Numbered from the stretch's first letter, positions 1 through 9,328 are shown. The stretch: DNA of 64,000 nucleotides from Myxococcota bacterium (GCA_040386535.1 JAZKFH010000013.1:224577-288576); one strand, 5' to 3'. Numbers and translations: made by a program. Notes: generated by a model not told the origin, from the letters alone.

Positions 1-1138
1 CGTCGGTCGTCGGGGGGCCCGCCGCCATCGTCGCGCTGAACCAGGCCAGCTCGGCTTCGACCTCGGGGAGGAGGCGGTACTTCACCGAGGGGCGCAGATA
101 CAGGACGTTCGACAACCCGTCGCCCGTGAGCGCCGCGTCGGTGTTGCGGCCCTGGTTGGTGTCGTTCGGTACACCGTGCTCGAGCGTCGGGAGGGTCTCC
201 TCGAACAGGACGACGGACACGTTGTGGTCCCGGTCGAACGAGAAGGTGCGGATCTTCGCGTCGCTCGGCTCGGTGTCGCCCGTCGCGAAGCCGCCCTCGA
301 GCCCGAGGGTGAGCTTGTCCGTGGCGTAGGCGGCGTTGAGCATGCCGCCGAAGGCCATGATGTCGACCTCGGTGGCGCCGGTGTCGAGGTCACCCTTGCC
401 GAACACGCCCACGACCTCGAGCTCGCCGCGGATCGGCCCCAGCTCGGTGAAAGCCCAGAGGTCGCCGGTGTAGGCGTGGTACTTCTGGCTGGGCTGGTAG
501 CGGTAGATGTTCAGGAGCCCGACGCCCGCGGTCTCGCTGCGGTAGCCGAGGCCGAGGGAGGCGGACTGCATGTCGTCCTCCTGGCCCAGGTAGTTCTCGA
601 ACTGCACGTCATAGGCGGCGAAGACGAAGACCGGCCCGACGCGCGTGGAGAACTGGAGGCGGTCCGCCGTGTCGCCGTACTCGTCCTCCGGGTCGTTCCC
701 GGCGTTCCAGAGCAAGCCCGCTCCCCACTCCATCGGCATGCGGCCGAGGGCGAAGCGGCCGATGGGCGTGTAGGCCTCGGCCCAGGCGCGGGTGGCGACG
801 AGGCCGGCGCCGACGGAGTCGGTACCGTCCGCCGTGGCGATGGCCGTCTCCTCCCCCGTGACGGGGTCGACGTAGGTCGACGGCTCCGCGCCCCAGAGCT
901 GGAACGGGAACAGGTCGATCTGCGCGTGCAGCGAGGCGTGCTCGGACAACAGCCAGGCCGGCCGGAGCGACATCCGGTGGTCGAACGAGCCGCTGAACCC
1001 CTCGGTGTTGAGGTTGGTCTTCGACATCGACAGCGAGTCGTACACGAGGGCGCGCCCACGGTAGTAGCCATCCCACGTGAGCTCGGCGGCGGACGCCGAT
1101 GCGGGCAGGAGGAGGAGCGCGAGGAGAGGAGCGATCAA
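1..1138 (-). CDS. Outer-membrane beta-barrel protein, TIGR04551-like (3' end runs off the window)
   Basis: Hand translation (not in the ORF track): TTG start at 1138 after GGAG; signal peptide MIAPLLALLLLPASASA; then WDGYYRGR, RAWAE..PIGRFALGRMPMEWGAGLLWNAG, DTADR, FSFDRDHNV, NVLYLRP; open to position 1. Confidence 0.7.
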   Translation of the reverse strand, partial: MIAPLLALLLLPASASAAELTWDGYYRGRALVYDSLSMSKTNLNTEGFSGSFDHRMSLRPAWLLSEHASLHAQIDLFPFQLWGAEPSTYVDPVTGEETAIATADGTDSVGAGLVATRAWAEAYTPIGRFALGRMPMEWGAGLLWNAGNDPEDEYGDTADRLQFSTRVGPVFVFAAYDVQFENYLGQEDDMQSASLGLGYRSETAGVGLLNIYRYQPSQKYHAYTGDLWAFTELGPIRGELEVVGVFGKGDLDTGATEVDIMAFGGMLNAAYATDKLTLGLEGGFATGDTEPSDAKIRTFSFDRDHNVSVVLFEETLPTLEHGVPNDTNQGRNTDAALTGDGLSNVLYLRPSVKYRLLPEVEAELAWFSATMAAGPPTTD

Positions 1139-1276
1139 CGTTGACTCCGAGCGTGCGCGGACGCGCCGGGAGGGCCGCCCGACCGGGCATGCCGGCGCGG
1201 TGCGGGAGTAGCACGCGCCCGATCCCTGGGCAACGGACGCGCTTGACGGATCGCGGCCGACGACGGACATTGACAC

Positions 1277-1522
1277 ATGCTCGAAGTCTTCCGACGGTTG
1301 TGGATCGGCTGGAACGTCGCGGTGCGCCGCATCGTCGGGGCCCAGAGCGCCGTGCTCATGGGTTTTACGTGGCTCGTCGGGCTCGCGCCCGTCGCGATCG
1401 TGCTCCGCCTCCAGGGCAAGCGCCTGCTCGACCGCGCCGCGACCGACCCCGCGGCGGTCTCCCACCGGGTCGTGCGTGATCCCGCGCCCATGGACATGGC
1501 CAAGGCGTCGCGGATGTTCTAG
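1277..1522 (+). CDS. Small membrane protein resembling the SxtJ-family C-terminal part
   Basis: 81 aa; W..W...IVG, hydrophobic segment L..TWLVGLAP..IVLRL.GK.LL and terminal RMF resemble SxtJ-like proteins; adjacent to a DUF5989-like gene. Confidence 0.55.
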   Translation: MLEVFRRLWIGWNVAVRRIVGAQSAVLMGFTWLVGLAPVAIVLRLQGKRLLDRAATDPAAVSHRVVRDPAPMDMAKASRMF

Positions 1523-1599
1523 GCACGCGCCCCCTCCCGCCCGATGGGGGCGTGGGGGGCTCGCACCTGCCGAAGCGCCGCCGCAGCGACCGCCGCTCT

Positions 1600-1779
1600 C
1601 TACAGCGCGTAGATGAACGGCAGGACGGGGCTCGCCTCGGCGAACAGGATGAAGGCCACCATCGCCAACAGCACGACGATGATCGGCGTCATCCACCAGA
1701 TCTTCTCGTGGACGATGAAGTCCCAGAACTCGGAGACGAGGCTCTTCGACGCGGTGGGGAGCTTGGGTTCGTCGGACAT
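1600..1779 (-). CDS. DUF5989 / SxtK-like small membrane protein
   Basis: 59 aa; EFWDF...KIWWMTPIIVVLL...PVLPFIYAL is the characteristic family pattern; ATG at 1779 chosen. Confidence 0.8.
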   Translation of the reverse strand: MSDEPKLPTASKSLVSEFWDFIVHEKIWWMTPIIVVLLAMVAFILFAEASPVLPFIYAL

Positions 1780-1905
1780 GCCGCGATGGTATCGCATGGA
1801 GTTGTACCCAGGTATGGACAACTCGGGGGACAACTTGCCGAGCGTTTTGATCCCTGGCGATGGGAAAGGGCTTGCCCATCCGTTACAGTCGGGGTTCGTC
1901 CGGCC

Positions 1906-3684
1906 TCATCCAACCTCGGGCATCCACGCATAGGCGACGAAGATCCCCATCACCCCAAAAAGTGGGATCCCACTCCGGAGCGCGGGGTGATCGAAGGTGG
2001 CCGCGGTGCACGCGGTGGCGGCGGCCGACAGGTGGAGGAGGGGGAGGAAGTAGTGCGAGGGGCTGTGGTCGATCGTGCACAGCAGCAGCGAGTAGACGAT
2101 CGCGGTGCCGAGGAGCACGCGGGTGCCTCGAGGCCACGCGAGGGCCGCGAGGAGGGGGAGCCCGCCCGCGTAGGCCACCCAGAGCCCGTAGAAGCGGGGC
2201 GCACGGCCGAGGAGCACGGCAGGATCGGCCTCGCCGTGCCAGTGCTCCGGAAACGTCTCCCACCAGAGGGTGTCGAGCCAGCCCCCCAGGCTACCCGTGG
2301 CGTGGCCGGCCAGCGCGACGATCCCGGCGACCACGAGCACCCCGACCAGCATCCGCGCGACGCGCCGCGGCTCGCCCGCGAGGAGCCCCGCGACCGCGGT
2401 GACGAACGCGCCGGGGTACCGCGTGAGCTGCGCGAGGAGGGAGAAGCCAACGTACGCGCCCCCCCGAGGCCGCGCGAGCGCCGTGACCGCGCCGAGTAGC
2501 CCGAGCGTGTAGAGCGTGTCCGGCAACATGGCGCTCGATGGCTCGAGCATCAGCCTCCCGTGCATGGCCGTGGCGGCGGCGGGGAGCAGCCAGGCGAGCG
2601 CGGGGGCCCGTGGCGCCCAGGCCTGGATGGCGAGCACCCCGGCGAGCCCCACCATCAGGAGCTTCAAGAGGAACGTGAGGTTGGCGGTCGGAAGCTCGCC
2701 CCCCGCCGTCACCAGCGGCGCGGCGAGCACGTAGCTGGGGAGCGGCGGCTGCACGTCCGTGACCCGGCGGCCCAGGTAGAGCTCGCGTGCCCAGATCACC
2801 TGCTCGACCATGTTGAGCAGCTGGTAGTAGTGGACGAAGCGGAGCGCGCCGTCCGCGTGGAGCGCCCACACCGCGTCGGGGCCGCCGAGCTGGTAGACGA
2901 CGCTCCGGTTCGGGTCGGACAGGCGCAGCTGGAGGCGCTCGCCCGCCTGGAGGTGCGTCGTGAGCGCGATCGCGGCGACCCCCCGGGTGAGGTAGCGGGG
3001 CACTGGCCCTTCCTCGGCTTGCTCCTCGACGTTGGCCTGGATCACGACTTCACGGGCGCCGACGCGCATCCCGGCGCCGACCGGGCCCTGGAGGACCAGC
3101 ACGAGGGGGCCCTCCGCGGGACCGAGGAGGAACGGGTCCGCCGCGCGGGGGACGAGCTCGAGCGCCTGGGCCTCGGGCCATCCGACGACGCGCCGCTCCC
3201 GCCACCCCGCGCCGGGGCTCGGCGGGGTCGTGGTCTCGCCGCCGGCCCACGCCGTCTCCGCGGCCGCGGACCACCAGTACACGCCCATCGGGCGCGTCAC
3301 CGCGTCACGCCAGCTCCATCCGAGCATCAGTACGATCGCGACGACCCCGAGGCCGCCGAGGCGCGCGGCCAGCGCGGACGCCTGTGCGCGCGGTGCCGAG
3401 AGCCGCTCGCTCGCCGCGGTGAACACCGCCGCGGTGGCCAGCGTGCCGGGGCCGCCCAGGCCCGTCCCCACCCCGACCAGCACCGCCGGCACCGCGAGGA
3501 GCGCCGACACCCAGAAGGCGAGCACCACGCGCTCCACCGGATCGCGTGACAACCGGCGGGCGACGCCACGCCCCGGAAACCAGAGGAGCGCGGGCACGGC
3601 GAGCGCGGCCACCACGATCTCGTCGGCCCCCGCGGTGAGGGCGGCCGCGGCCAGCACGGCGGGGAGCAGAGCGATCCAGCGCAT
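1906..3684 (-). CDS. Polytopic membrane protein with a large extracytoplasmic loop; possible GT-C-type glycosyltransferase
   Basis: ATG 3684 (MRWIALL); many hydrophobic helices; DVQPPL, MLPDTLY, LTRYPG, HYFLPL motifs reminiscent of ArnT/PMT-like enzymes (function inferred). Confidence 0.55.
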   Translation of the reverse strand: MRWIALLPAVLAAAALTAGADEIVVAALAVPALLWFPGRGVARRLSRDPVERVVLAFWVSALLAVPAVLVGVGTGLGGPGTLATAAVFTAASERLSAPRAQASALAARLGGLGVVAIVLMLGWSWRDAVTRPMGVYWWSAAAETAWAGGETTTPPSPGAGWRERRVVGWPEAQALELVPRAADPFLLGPAEGPLVLVLQGPVGAGMRVGAREVVIQANVEEQAEEGPVPRYLTRGVAAIALTTHLQAGERLQLRLSDPNRSVVYQLGGPDAVWALHADGALRFVHYYQLLNMVEQVIWARELYLGRRVTDVQPPLPSYVLAAPLVTAGGELPTANLTFLLKLLMVGLAGVLAIQAWAPRAPALAWLLPAAATAMHGRLMLEPSSAMLPDTLYTLGLLGAVTALARPRGGAYVGFSLLAQLTRYPGAFVTAVAGLLAGEPRRVARMLVGVLVVAGIVALAGHATGSLGGWLDTLWWETFPEHWHGEADPAVLLGRAPRFYGLWVAYAGGLPLLAALAWPRGTRVLLGTAIVYSLLLCTIDHSPSHYFLPLLHLSAAATACTAATFDHPALRSGIPLFGVMGIFVAYAWMPEVG

Positions 3685-3717
3685 GCGCGGGAGTCTACTC
3701 GGGCTACTCTGTCCGTG

Positions 3718-4428
3718 ATGCTCTCCCTCCTCTTCGCGCTCGCGTGCGACTTCTCCGCGGCGTCGAAGGTCGTGGGGCAGGACTCCGGCGCCGACCCTGA
3801 CGACACCGCGCCGGTGGGCGGAGACTCCGCCGGTCCCGACACCGACGAGACGGACACCGACGACACGGAGGACACCGAGCCGCCGGACCCGCTGGCGGTC
3901 GACGACGACAGCGACGGCTGGTCTGAGATGGACGGCGACTGCGACGACGAGGATCTCACCGTCCACCCCGACGCGAACGACGTGTGCAACGCGGTGGACG
4001 ACGACTGTGACGACGAGATCGACGAGGACGCGACCCCCGACGGTTACGAGCCGAACGATGTCGACGGCTACGGGATCGGCCGCCTCGACGACGACCCCGA
4101 GCTCACCGCGGTGGCGACGATCTCCGGCGAGATCGACGTCGATCGGTTCACCTTCTCCTTCTCGGACAGCTGGGCGGGCCTGTTCTCGGTCGAGATGACC
4201 CTCTCGGGCATCCCGGACGACGCGACGTGGCGCTTCACGCTCAACCGCCTCACCTCCGACGGGGGCCTCGCCGCCGAAGAGGTCGACCAGGTGTTCGGGA
4301 GCGGCTCGCTCACGATGACGCTCCCCGACGTGGCGCTCCAGGAGGACGGCGGCACGTACGAGCTCGTGGTCGAGTCCATCTCCGGCGCGGACTGCGGGCG
4401 CTCGTACCTGCTCGCGGTGGCCTGGTAG
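3718..4428 (+). CDS. Acidic lipoprotein with a putative metal-binding repeat (DxDxDG..DCDD..HP....C..DDDC) and a PPC-like C-terminal domain
   Basis: Lipobox LALAC; one PF11617-like repeat; YEPND...DVD.F motif. Confidence 0.75.
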   Translation: MLSLLFALACDFSAASKVVGQDSGADPDDTAPVGGDSAGPDTDETDTDDTEDTEPPDPLAVDDDSDGWSEMDGDCDDEDLTVHPDANDVCNAVDDDCDDEIDEDATPDGYEPNDVDGYGIGRLDDDPELTAVATISGEIDVDRFTFSFSDSWAGLFSVEMTLSGIPDDATWRFTLNRLTSDGGLAAEEVDQVFGSGSLTMTLPDVALQEDGGTYELVVESISGADCGRSYLLAVAW

Positions 4429-4440
4429 CCCGCCGGTCGG

Positions 4441-5445
4441 TCACCCCAGCGTCGCGAGCACCATCCGGTCGATCCGCAATCGGGAGGCCGCGGCGAGCCA
4501 CCGCATGAGCGCAGCGACGTCGGGCTCCGGCGGGGCGTCGTCGCGACGCGCCCACGCGCGAAGGAGCACGCGCGCGGACACCGGATCGAGGCCGTCGGGC
4601 CCCCAGACGCCGAACGAGGCGCCGGCGCCGGCGGTCGATTGGAGCTCGCGGGCGCCCTGCACGCGCACCCCGTCACTCTCTACGAGCAGCGCCACGCCGT
4701 CCTCGTCGCGGGCGACGCAGCCGCGCGCGCGGGGCGGCGGCACGAGCGCGTCGAGGCGCCCCGCGAGCCGGCCGAGGCGGGCGCGCCCCGAGGCGGCTCC
4801 CAGCGCGCGCGCGCGGCGGACGAGGGCATGGCGTTCGCTCGCGAGCGTGCTCGCGCACGCGTGGAGCAGCAGGCGGGTCGCGTCGGCGGCGGAGGGGGGC
4901 GGCACTTCGGCGAAGCCGCTCGCGAGGTCACCCACGGGGCCGCTCGGGTCGAGCGCCGCCACGAGCTCGCCCACGGCGCGCAGATCGTCGGCCACCGTCG
5001 CGCCGGGCACCGGCCCCAACCACGCGAGGGTCCAGCCCCGGGGCGTGAGGACCACGCTGTCCGATCCCACCCACCCGTGGGCGAAGCCGGTCTCGTGCAG
5101 CACGGAGAGCCCGGTGTAGACCCCGAGCGCGAGCCGGGCGGTCCAGACGGGGCCGGGCGCGCGCTCGACGGGGAGCAGATCCGCCAACGAGCACGAAACC
5201 GCCGCGGTGCGGAGGTGCGGCCGCCCGGCGGTCACCCCGGTGACGGCCAACGGGAGCCCCTGGAGCCGCGCGCACCGGTCGTCGAGCGGCGCGTCGCCGT
5301 GCCCGACACGGAGGAGGACACGCTCGCCGGTCGCGGTGTCCCACGCCTCCCACGTGGAGGTGGCCGAATCTTCGGCGACGCGGCGGCGGCGGCGCAAGGT
5401 GCCGACGAGAGGCGGGAGGGTACCCGCGGGCGATGGGGGGCTCAC
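4441..5445 (-). CDS. Degenerate protein-kinase-like protein (pseudokinase)
   Basis: GTG 5445 overlaps the upstream stop (GTGA); WEAWD..TGERVLLRV, SLADLL, GLSVLHETGFAHG follow the kinase-fold order, but HRD and DFG are absent. Confidence 0.55.
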   Translation of the reverse strand: MSPPSPAGTLPPLVGTLRRRRRVAEDSATSTWEAWDTATGERVLLRVGHGDAPLDDRCARLQGLPLAVTGVTAGRPHLRTAAVSCSLADLLPVERAPGPVWTARLALGVYTGLSVLHETGFAHGWVGSDSVVLTPRGWTLAWLGPVPGATVADDLRAVGELVAALDPSGPVGDLASGFAEVPPPSAADATRLLLHACASTLASERHALVRRARALGAASGRARLGRLAGRLDALVPPPRARGCVARDEDGVALLVESDGVRVQGARELQSTAGAGASFGVWGPDGLDPVSARVLLRAWARRDDAPPEPDVAALMRWLAAASRLRIDRMVLATLG

Positions 5446-6260
5446 GCGCTGCGCGCCACCGAGCAGGCGATTCCGAACGCGCCGATCTGCCAACGATCGC
5501 GCGCCACCCGTCGGCGCCAGCGCACCTCGAGCTCCAACATCGCGGCCACCGTGCCGCCCTCGATCCGCACCTGGAGCCGCTGCCCAGGGCCGGGGGACGT
5601 GGGCAGGGCGAGGCACGCGCCGTCGGCGCCGATGTTGAGCAGCTCGCCGCCGACCTCGACGGGTGCGAGCAGCCAGACCGGCCATCCGAGCGGCTCCCGC
5701 TCGCTGCCGCGCCGCTGCCCGAACATGTCGGAGGTGGCCTCGGCTTCGGCCGCGCGCAGGAGCTGATCGCGCAGGAACGCGCAGTCGAGGTACCGGCTGC
5801 GGCCGCCGTCCCCGAGCGTCTCCACCAGGTCCTCGCGCGCGGCGAGGTAACGCCCGGCGGCCATCAGCCAGCGATCCACCCGCGCCGCGGGAGGTAGGGA
5901 CTCCCCGCCCAGTGCGCCGGCGGCGGGCTGCCAGGCCTCGGTGCGCAGCTTGCGCATCAACGTCGCGGCCGCGGTGCCGATCTCCAGCAGATCGTCGGCG
6001 CCCTCGCGGATCCAGCGGAGGCGCTCCGTGATGTCCACCGAGCCGAGGGACAGGCCGAAGATCGGTAGGCGTCCCCCCCCGTCCCGGAAGCGGCGGAGGG
6101 CGGGGAACAGGTCGGCGTGGGCGTGCACGAGCACCCCGTCCGTGCTGGGGTCGACGAGGTCGCCACCCTCGAAGAGCTCGACCACGCCGAGCAGATCGGT
6201 CTGTAGCGGCTCGGGCACCGGGCCGCCGAGGACGACGAAGCGTGGAGTCGTGGCTTGCAC
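5442..6260 (-). CDS. PilZ-domain protein with a receiver-like N-terminal region
   Basis: GTG 6260; C-terminal RRGSER (RxxxR) and NIGADG (D/NxSxxG variant), EVRW; N-terminal LPIFGLS...GADDLL resembles a REC fold. Confidence 0.7.
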   Translation of the reverse strand: MQATTPRFVVLGGPVPEPLQTDLLGVVELFEGGDLVDPSTDGVLVHAHADLFPALRRFRDGGGRLPIFGLSLGSVDITERLRWIREGADDLLEIGTAAATLMRKLRTEAWQPAAGALGGESLPPAARVDRWLMAAGRYLAAREDLVETLGDGGRSRYLDCAFLRDQLLRAAEAEATSDMFGQRRGSEREPLGWPVWLLAPVEVGGELLNIGADGACLALPTSPGPGQRLQVRIEGGTVAAMLELEVRWRRRVARDRWQIGAFGIACSVARSA

Positions 6261-6315
6261 GTCCCCCAGTATACCGGCCCGCGGTCCGGTCCTGCTGGCG
6301 GGGTACACTCCGCGC

Positions 6316-8484
6316 GTGCGCATCGCTCTGTTGACCCGTGGCGACCTGTTCCCGACCTGGCACGGCGCGGCCGTGAAGATCGTCCGGACAGCCGAGGCGC
6401 TCGCGGCCGCAGGTGACACGGTCTTCGTCGTGACCGACGACCGCGACGCCTACTGGGCCGTCGAAAGTGAGGGCTGGCGGCGCGTGCCGTTCGGTCCGAC
6501 CTTCCGCGCGTTCGAGGAGGCGCCGCTGCTGCGCAATGGCGCGCGTGCCGAACGGTGGTGCGCGCGCGTCGGCTACCCCGCGGAGGAGCACTTCCTCTAC
6601 CGCCCGATGTTCGACCCGGCGTGGTGGGCGCGGGCCCTCTACGTGGGCGTCCGCGAGCGCATCGACGTCTACCAGGCGGAGTTCCCCGGGTACGCCGCCC
6701 CCGCCTGGATCGCGGCGCGCACGCTCGGAGGGCGCGCCGTGGCGGTCATGCACAACGTGGAGTTCGACCGGCTGCGGCAGATGGCCGGGCTGCGGGTCGG
6801 GGCGCTCCGTCGCATCCGCGCGCTCGAGGTCGCCCTCCTCCGCGCGATGGACGGCGTCATCGCCGTCTCCGAGGACGATCGGGCGCGCATCGACGCCGCC
6901 GGGGTGCCCAAGGACCGGGTCACGGTGGTGCCGCACGGCGTCGACGTCGACGCCTACGGCGGCCGTCCCGTCGATCTTCGCGTCCGCTACGGCCTCGGCG
7001 GCGGGCCCGTCGTCTTCTTCCACGGCACCCTGCACTACGGCCCCAACGCGGACGCGGTCCGGTTCCTCGCGGAGGAGCTGGCCCCGCGCCTCCCCGCCGG
7101 CGCGGTCATCCTGATGGCCGGTATGTCGCCGCCCCGTGCGCTCGAGTCCGACCGGGTGCGCTTCACCGGGCCCATCGACGATCTGCCCGCCCACATCGAG
7201 GCCGCCGACCTCTGCGTGTGCCCCATCTTCGCGGGCGGTGGCACCCGCATGAAGCTGCTGGAGTACTTCGCGGCGGCGAAGGCCGTCGTGTCCACGGCGG
7301 TGGGCGCGGAGGGGCTCGGGGTCGTGGACGGCGAGCACCTCGTCCTCGCCGAGCGCGGCGACTTCGCGGACGCGGTGATCGCGCTGCTCGGTGATCCGGA
7401 GCGCCGCCGTCGCCTCGGCCGTGCGGCGCGGGCCTACGCCCGGGCACGGGATTGGAGCGCGGTCACGACGACGTACCGGGGGGTCCATCGCGGCGAACGC
7501 ACCGACTTCGCGCCGCGCCCCTCCGTCGAGGCGCACCTCCCGCCGCGCGAGCCCAGCAAGCCGCTGACGATGTTGCTCCTGGTCAACCGCGGCTGCAACC
7601 TGCGTTGTTCCTTCTGCGACCTCTGGGAGGGCAAGGAGAACATCCCGGTCGACAAGGCCATCCGGCTGCTCGACGAGGCGCGCGCCATCGGCACGCGGAC
7701 CGTCGTGCTCACCGGCGGCGAGCCGCTCCTGCACCCCGGCCTCTTCGAGATCGCGCGCGCCGCGAAGGCCCGCGGGATGGGCGTGAACGTCACGACCAAC
7801 GGCACGCTGGTGGAGCGGCATCACGACGCGCTCGTGGCCGCCGGCGTCGACAGCCTCTCACTCTCGATCGACGGGCTCGCGGCGACCCACGACACCCTGC
7901 GCGGCCAGGTCGGCGCGCACGCCCGCACGTGGCGCGCGCTGCTCCGGGTGCGTCACGAGGCGAAGATGGGCGTGAGCGTCTACTTCACCGTCACCCGCAC
8001 CAACGTGCGCGAGCTCGTGCCGGTGTGGGAGGAGGTCCGGCGTGTCGGCGCGGGGTTCGACTTCTGGCCCGTCAACGACGCCCCCGATCTGTACCTGACC
8101 TCGGACGAGGACCGCGCCGCCTGGAACGACGCGGTGCTGCACATCGGGCGCCACGACGCCGACGTCGCCGCGCGCGCCCACTACTACGGCGAGGCCCTGC
8201 GCTACCACGCGGGCGAACAGGTCCCGATGCGGTGCCTCGGGCTCGTGGATCAATTCGGTGTCACCTACACCGGCGCCCTGCTCCCGTGCTGTGTGTGGGG
8301 AGGGGACGGCCTCCAGGTGGGGAACGTCTTCGAGCGCCCGCTGACGGAGCTGTGGTATTCGCCGGAGGTGCAGGCGCACCGCGAGGGGCTCTACGGCAAG
8401 GGCTGTACGGCGGGGTGCTACAACCACAGCTTGTACGAATTCGTGGTGTCGACCGGACAGACGCATCGGGTGGAACGTAGATGA
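6316..8484 (+). CDS. Fusion protein: GT4 glycosyltransferase plus radical SAM (twitch/SPASM-type) domain
   Basis: GTG 6316 (MRIALL); HNVE, VIAVSEDD, VVPHGVD, GGGTRMKLLEYFA (GT4); CNLRCSFC, TGGEPLL, TTNG, SIDG, C..PCC..GNV..LW..CTAGC (rSAM). Confidence 0.9.
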   Translation: MRIALLTRGDLFPTWHGAAVKIVRTAEALAAAGDTVFVVTDDRDAYWAVESEGWRRVPFGPTFRAFEEAPLLRNGARAERWCARVGYPAEEHFLYRPMFDPAWWARALYVGVRERIDVYQAEFPGYAAPAWIAARTLGGRAVAVMHNVEFDRLRQMAGLRVGALRRIRALEVALLRAMDGVIAVSEDDRARIDAAGVPKDRVTVVPHGVDVDAYGGRPVDLRVRYGLGGGPVVFFHGTLHYGPNADAVRFLAEELAPRLPAGAVILMAGMSPPRALESDRVRFTGPIDDLPAHIEAADLCVCPIFAGGGTRMKLLEYFAAAKAVVSTAVGAEGLGVVDGEHLVLAERGDFADAVIALLGDPERRRRLGRAARAYARARDWSAVTTTYRGVHRGERTDFAPRPSVEAHLPPREPSKPLTMLLLVNRGCNLRCSFCDLWEGKENIPVDKAIRLLDEARAIGTRTVVLTGGEPLLHPGLFEIARAAKARGMGVNVTTNGTLVERHHDALVAAGVDSLSLSIDGLAATHDTLRGQVGAHARTWRALLRVRHEAKMGVSVYFTVTRTNVRELVPVWEEVRRVGAGFDFWPVNDAPDLYLTSDEDRAAWNDAVLHIGRHDADVAARAHYYGEALRYHAGEQVPMRCLGLVDQFGVTYTGALLPCCVWGGDGLQVGNVFERPLTELWYSPEVQAHREGLYGKGCTAGCYNHSLYEFVVSTGQTHRVERR

Positions 8485-9290
8485 ATTGGATCGAGGCGGA
8501 TTTCAAGGGCACGAAGGTCTGGGCCGAGGTCGACGAGGCGGGCAAGCCCGTGGCGGAGGATGGCCGTCGCGGCATCCGCTACAGCGACGCGCCGGGCTCC
8601 AAGGTTTACCGGGCGGCGGCGAGCGCCGTGAAGGATCTCGGCAGCGCGCCCCGCGTGATGGACGCGGGTACGCCGGCGGCCCCGCGGGAGCCGAGCGCGG
8701 CGGCGGGGAGCCCCTCGGCGCCGACCGCGCCGCGATCGTCCGCGGCTCCGGCGGGCCCGGCCCGCTCGAACGGGCGCGGAAGCGGCTTCGGCAAGGCGGG
8801 AACCCGCACGGCGGCGCAGTCCGCGGCGGCGGCGACCGACGCCAAGGCGCGCATCGGCGCGTTGCCGAGCGGGACCATCCTCGCGTTCACGGACGGCGCG
8901 TGCACGGGCAATCCCGGGCCCGCCGGAAGCGGCGCGGTGGTCAAGCTCCCCGATGGCCGGGTGTTCGAGCGGTACAAGGCGCTCGGCGCCGGCACCAACA
9001 ACATCGGCGAGCTGTTCGCCATCCAGCTCGCGTTGGATTTGTTGAAGGAGAACGGGGTGGATCCGTCCGCGCCCGTCTCGCTGTTCACCGACTCCCAGTA
9101 CTCCCTTGGCGTGCTGACGAAGGGCTGGAAGGCCAAGGCCAACGTCGAGCTCATCGCGTCGATCAAGGCCTCGCTCAAGGCCTGGAAGAAGCTGAAGATC
9201 GAGTGGGTGGCGGGGCACGTGGGCGTCGCCGAGAACGAGCGCGCGGACGCGTTGGCGCGCAAGGGTGTCGAGGAGAGCAAGCGACGGTAG
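8481..9290 (+). CDS. rnhA: Ribonuclease HI with an N-terminal accessory domain and Ala/Pro linker
   Basis: FTDGACTGNPGPAG, TNNIGEL, FTDSQY, WVAGHVG, NERADALA. Confidence 0.95.
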   Translation: MNWIEADFKGTKVWAEVDEAGKPVAEDGRRGIRYSDAPGSKVYRAAASAVKDLGSAPRVMDAGTPAAPREPSAAAGSPSAPTAPRSSAAPAGPARSNGRGSGFGKAGTRTAAQSAAAATDAKARIGALPSGTILAFTDGACTGNPGPAGSGAVVKLPDGRVFERYKALGAGTNNIGELFAIQLALDLLKENGVDPSAPVSLFTDSQYSLGVLTKGWKAKANVELIASIKASLKAWKKLKIEWVAGHVGVAENERADALARKGVEESKRR

Positions 9291-9328
9291 GGGAGGCGAG
9301 CCTTCCTTCGCCGCTCCGAGTCAGGCTC

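Noticed and set aside
1277..1779. Saxitoxin biosynthesis cluster
   Set aside because: Only generic SxtJ/SxtK-like membrane proteins; no sxtA, sxtG or sxtI-type enzymes
4441..7824. 1127-aa minus-strand ORF read as a single gene
   Set aside because: Only the last about 334 codons look coding; the upstream part overlaps the PilZ gene and is antisense to the GT4-rSAM gene
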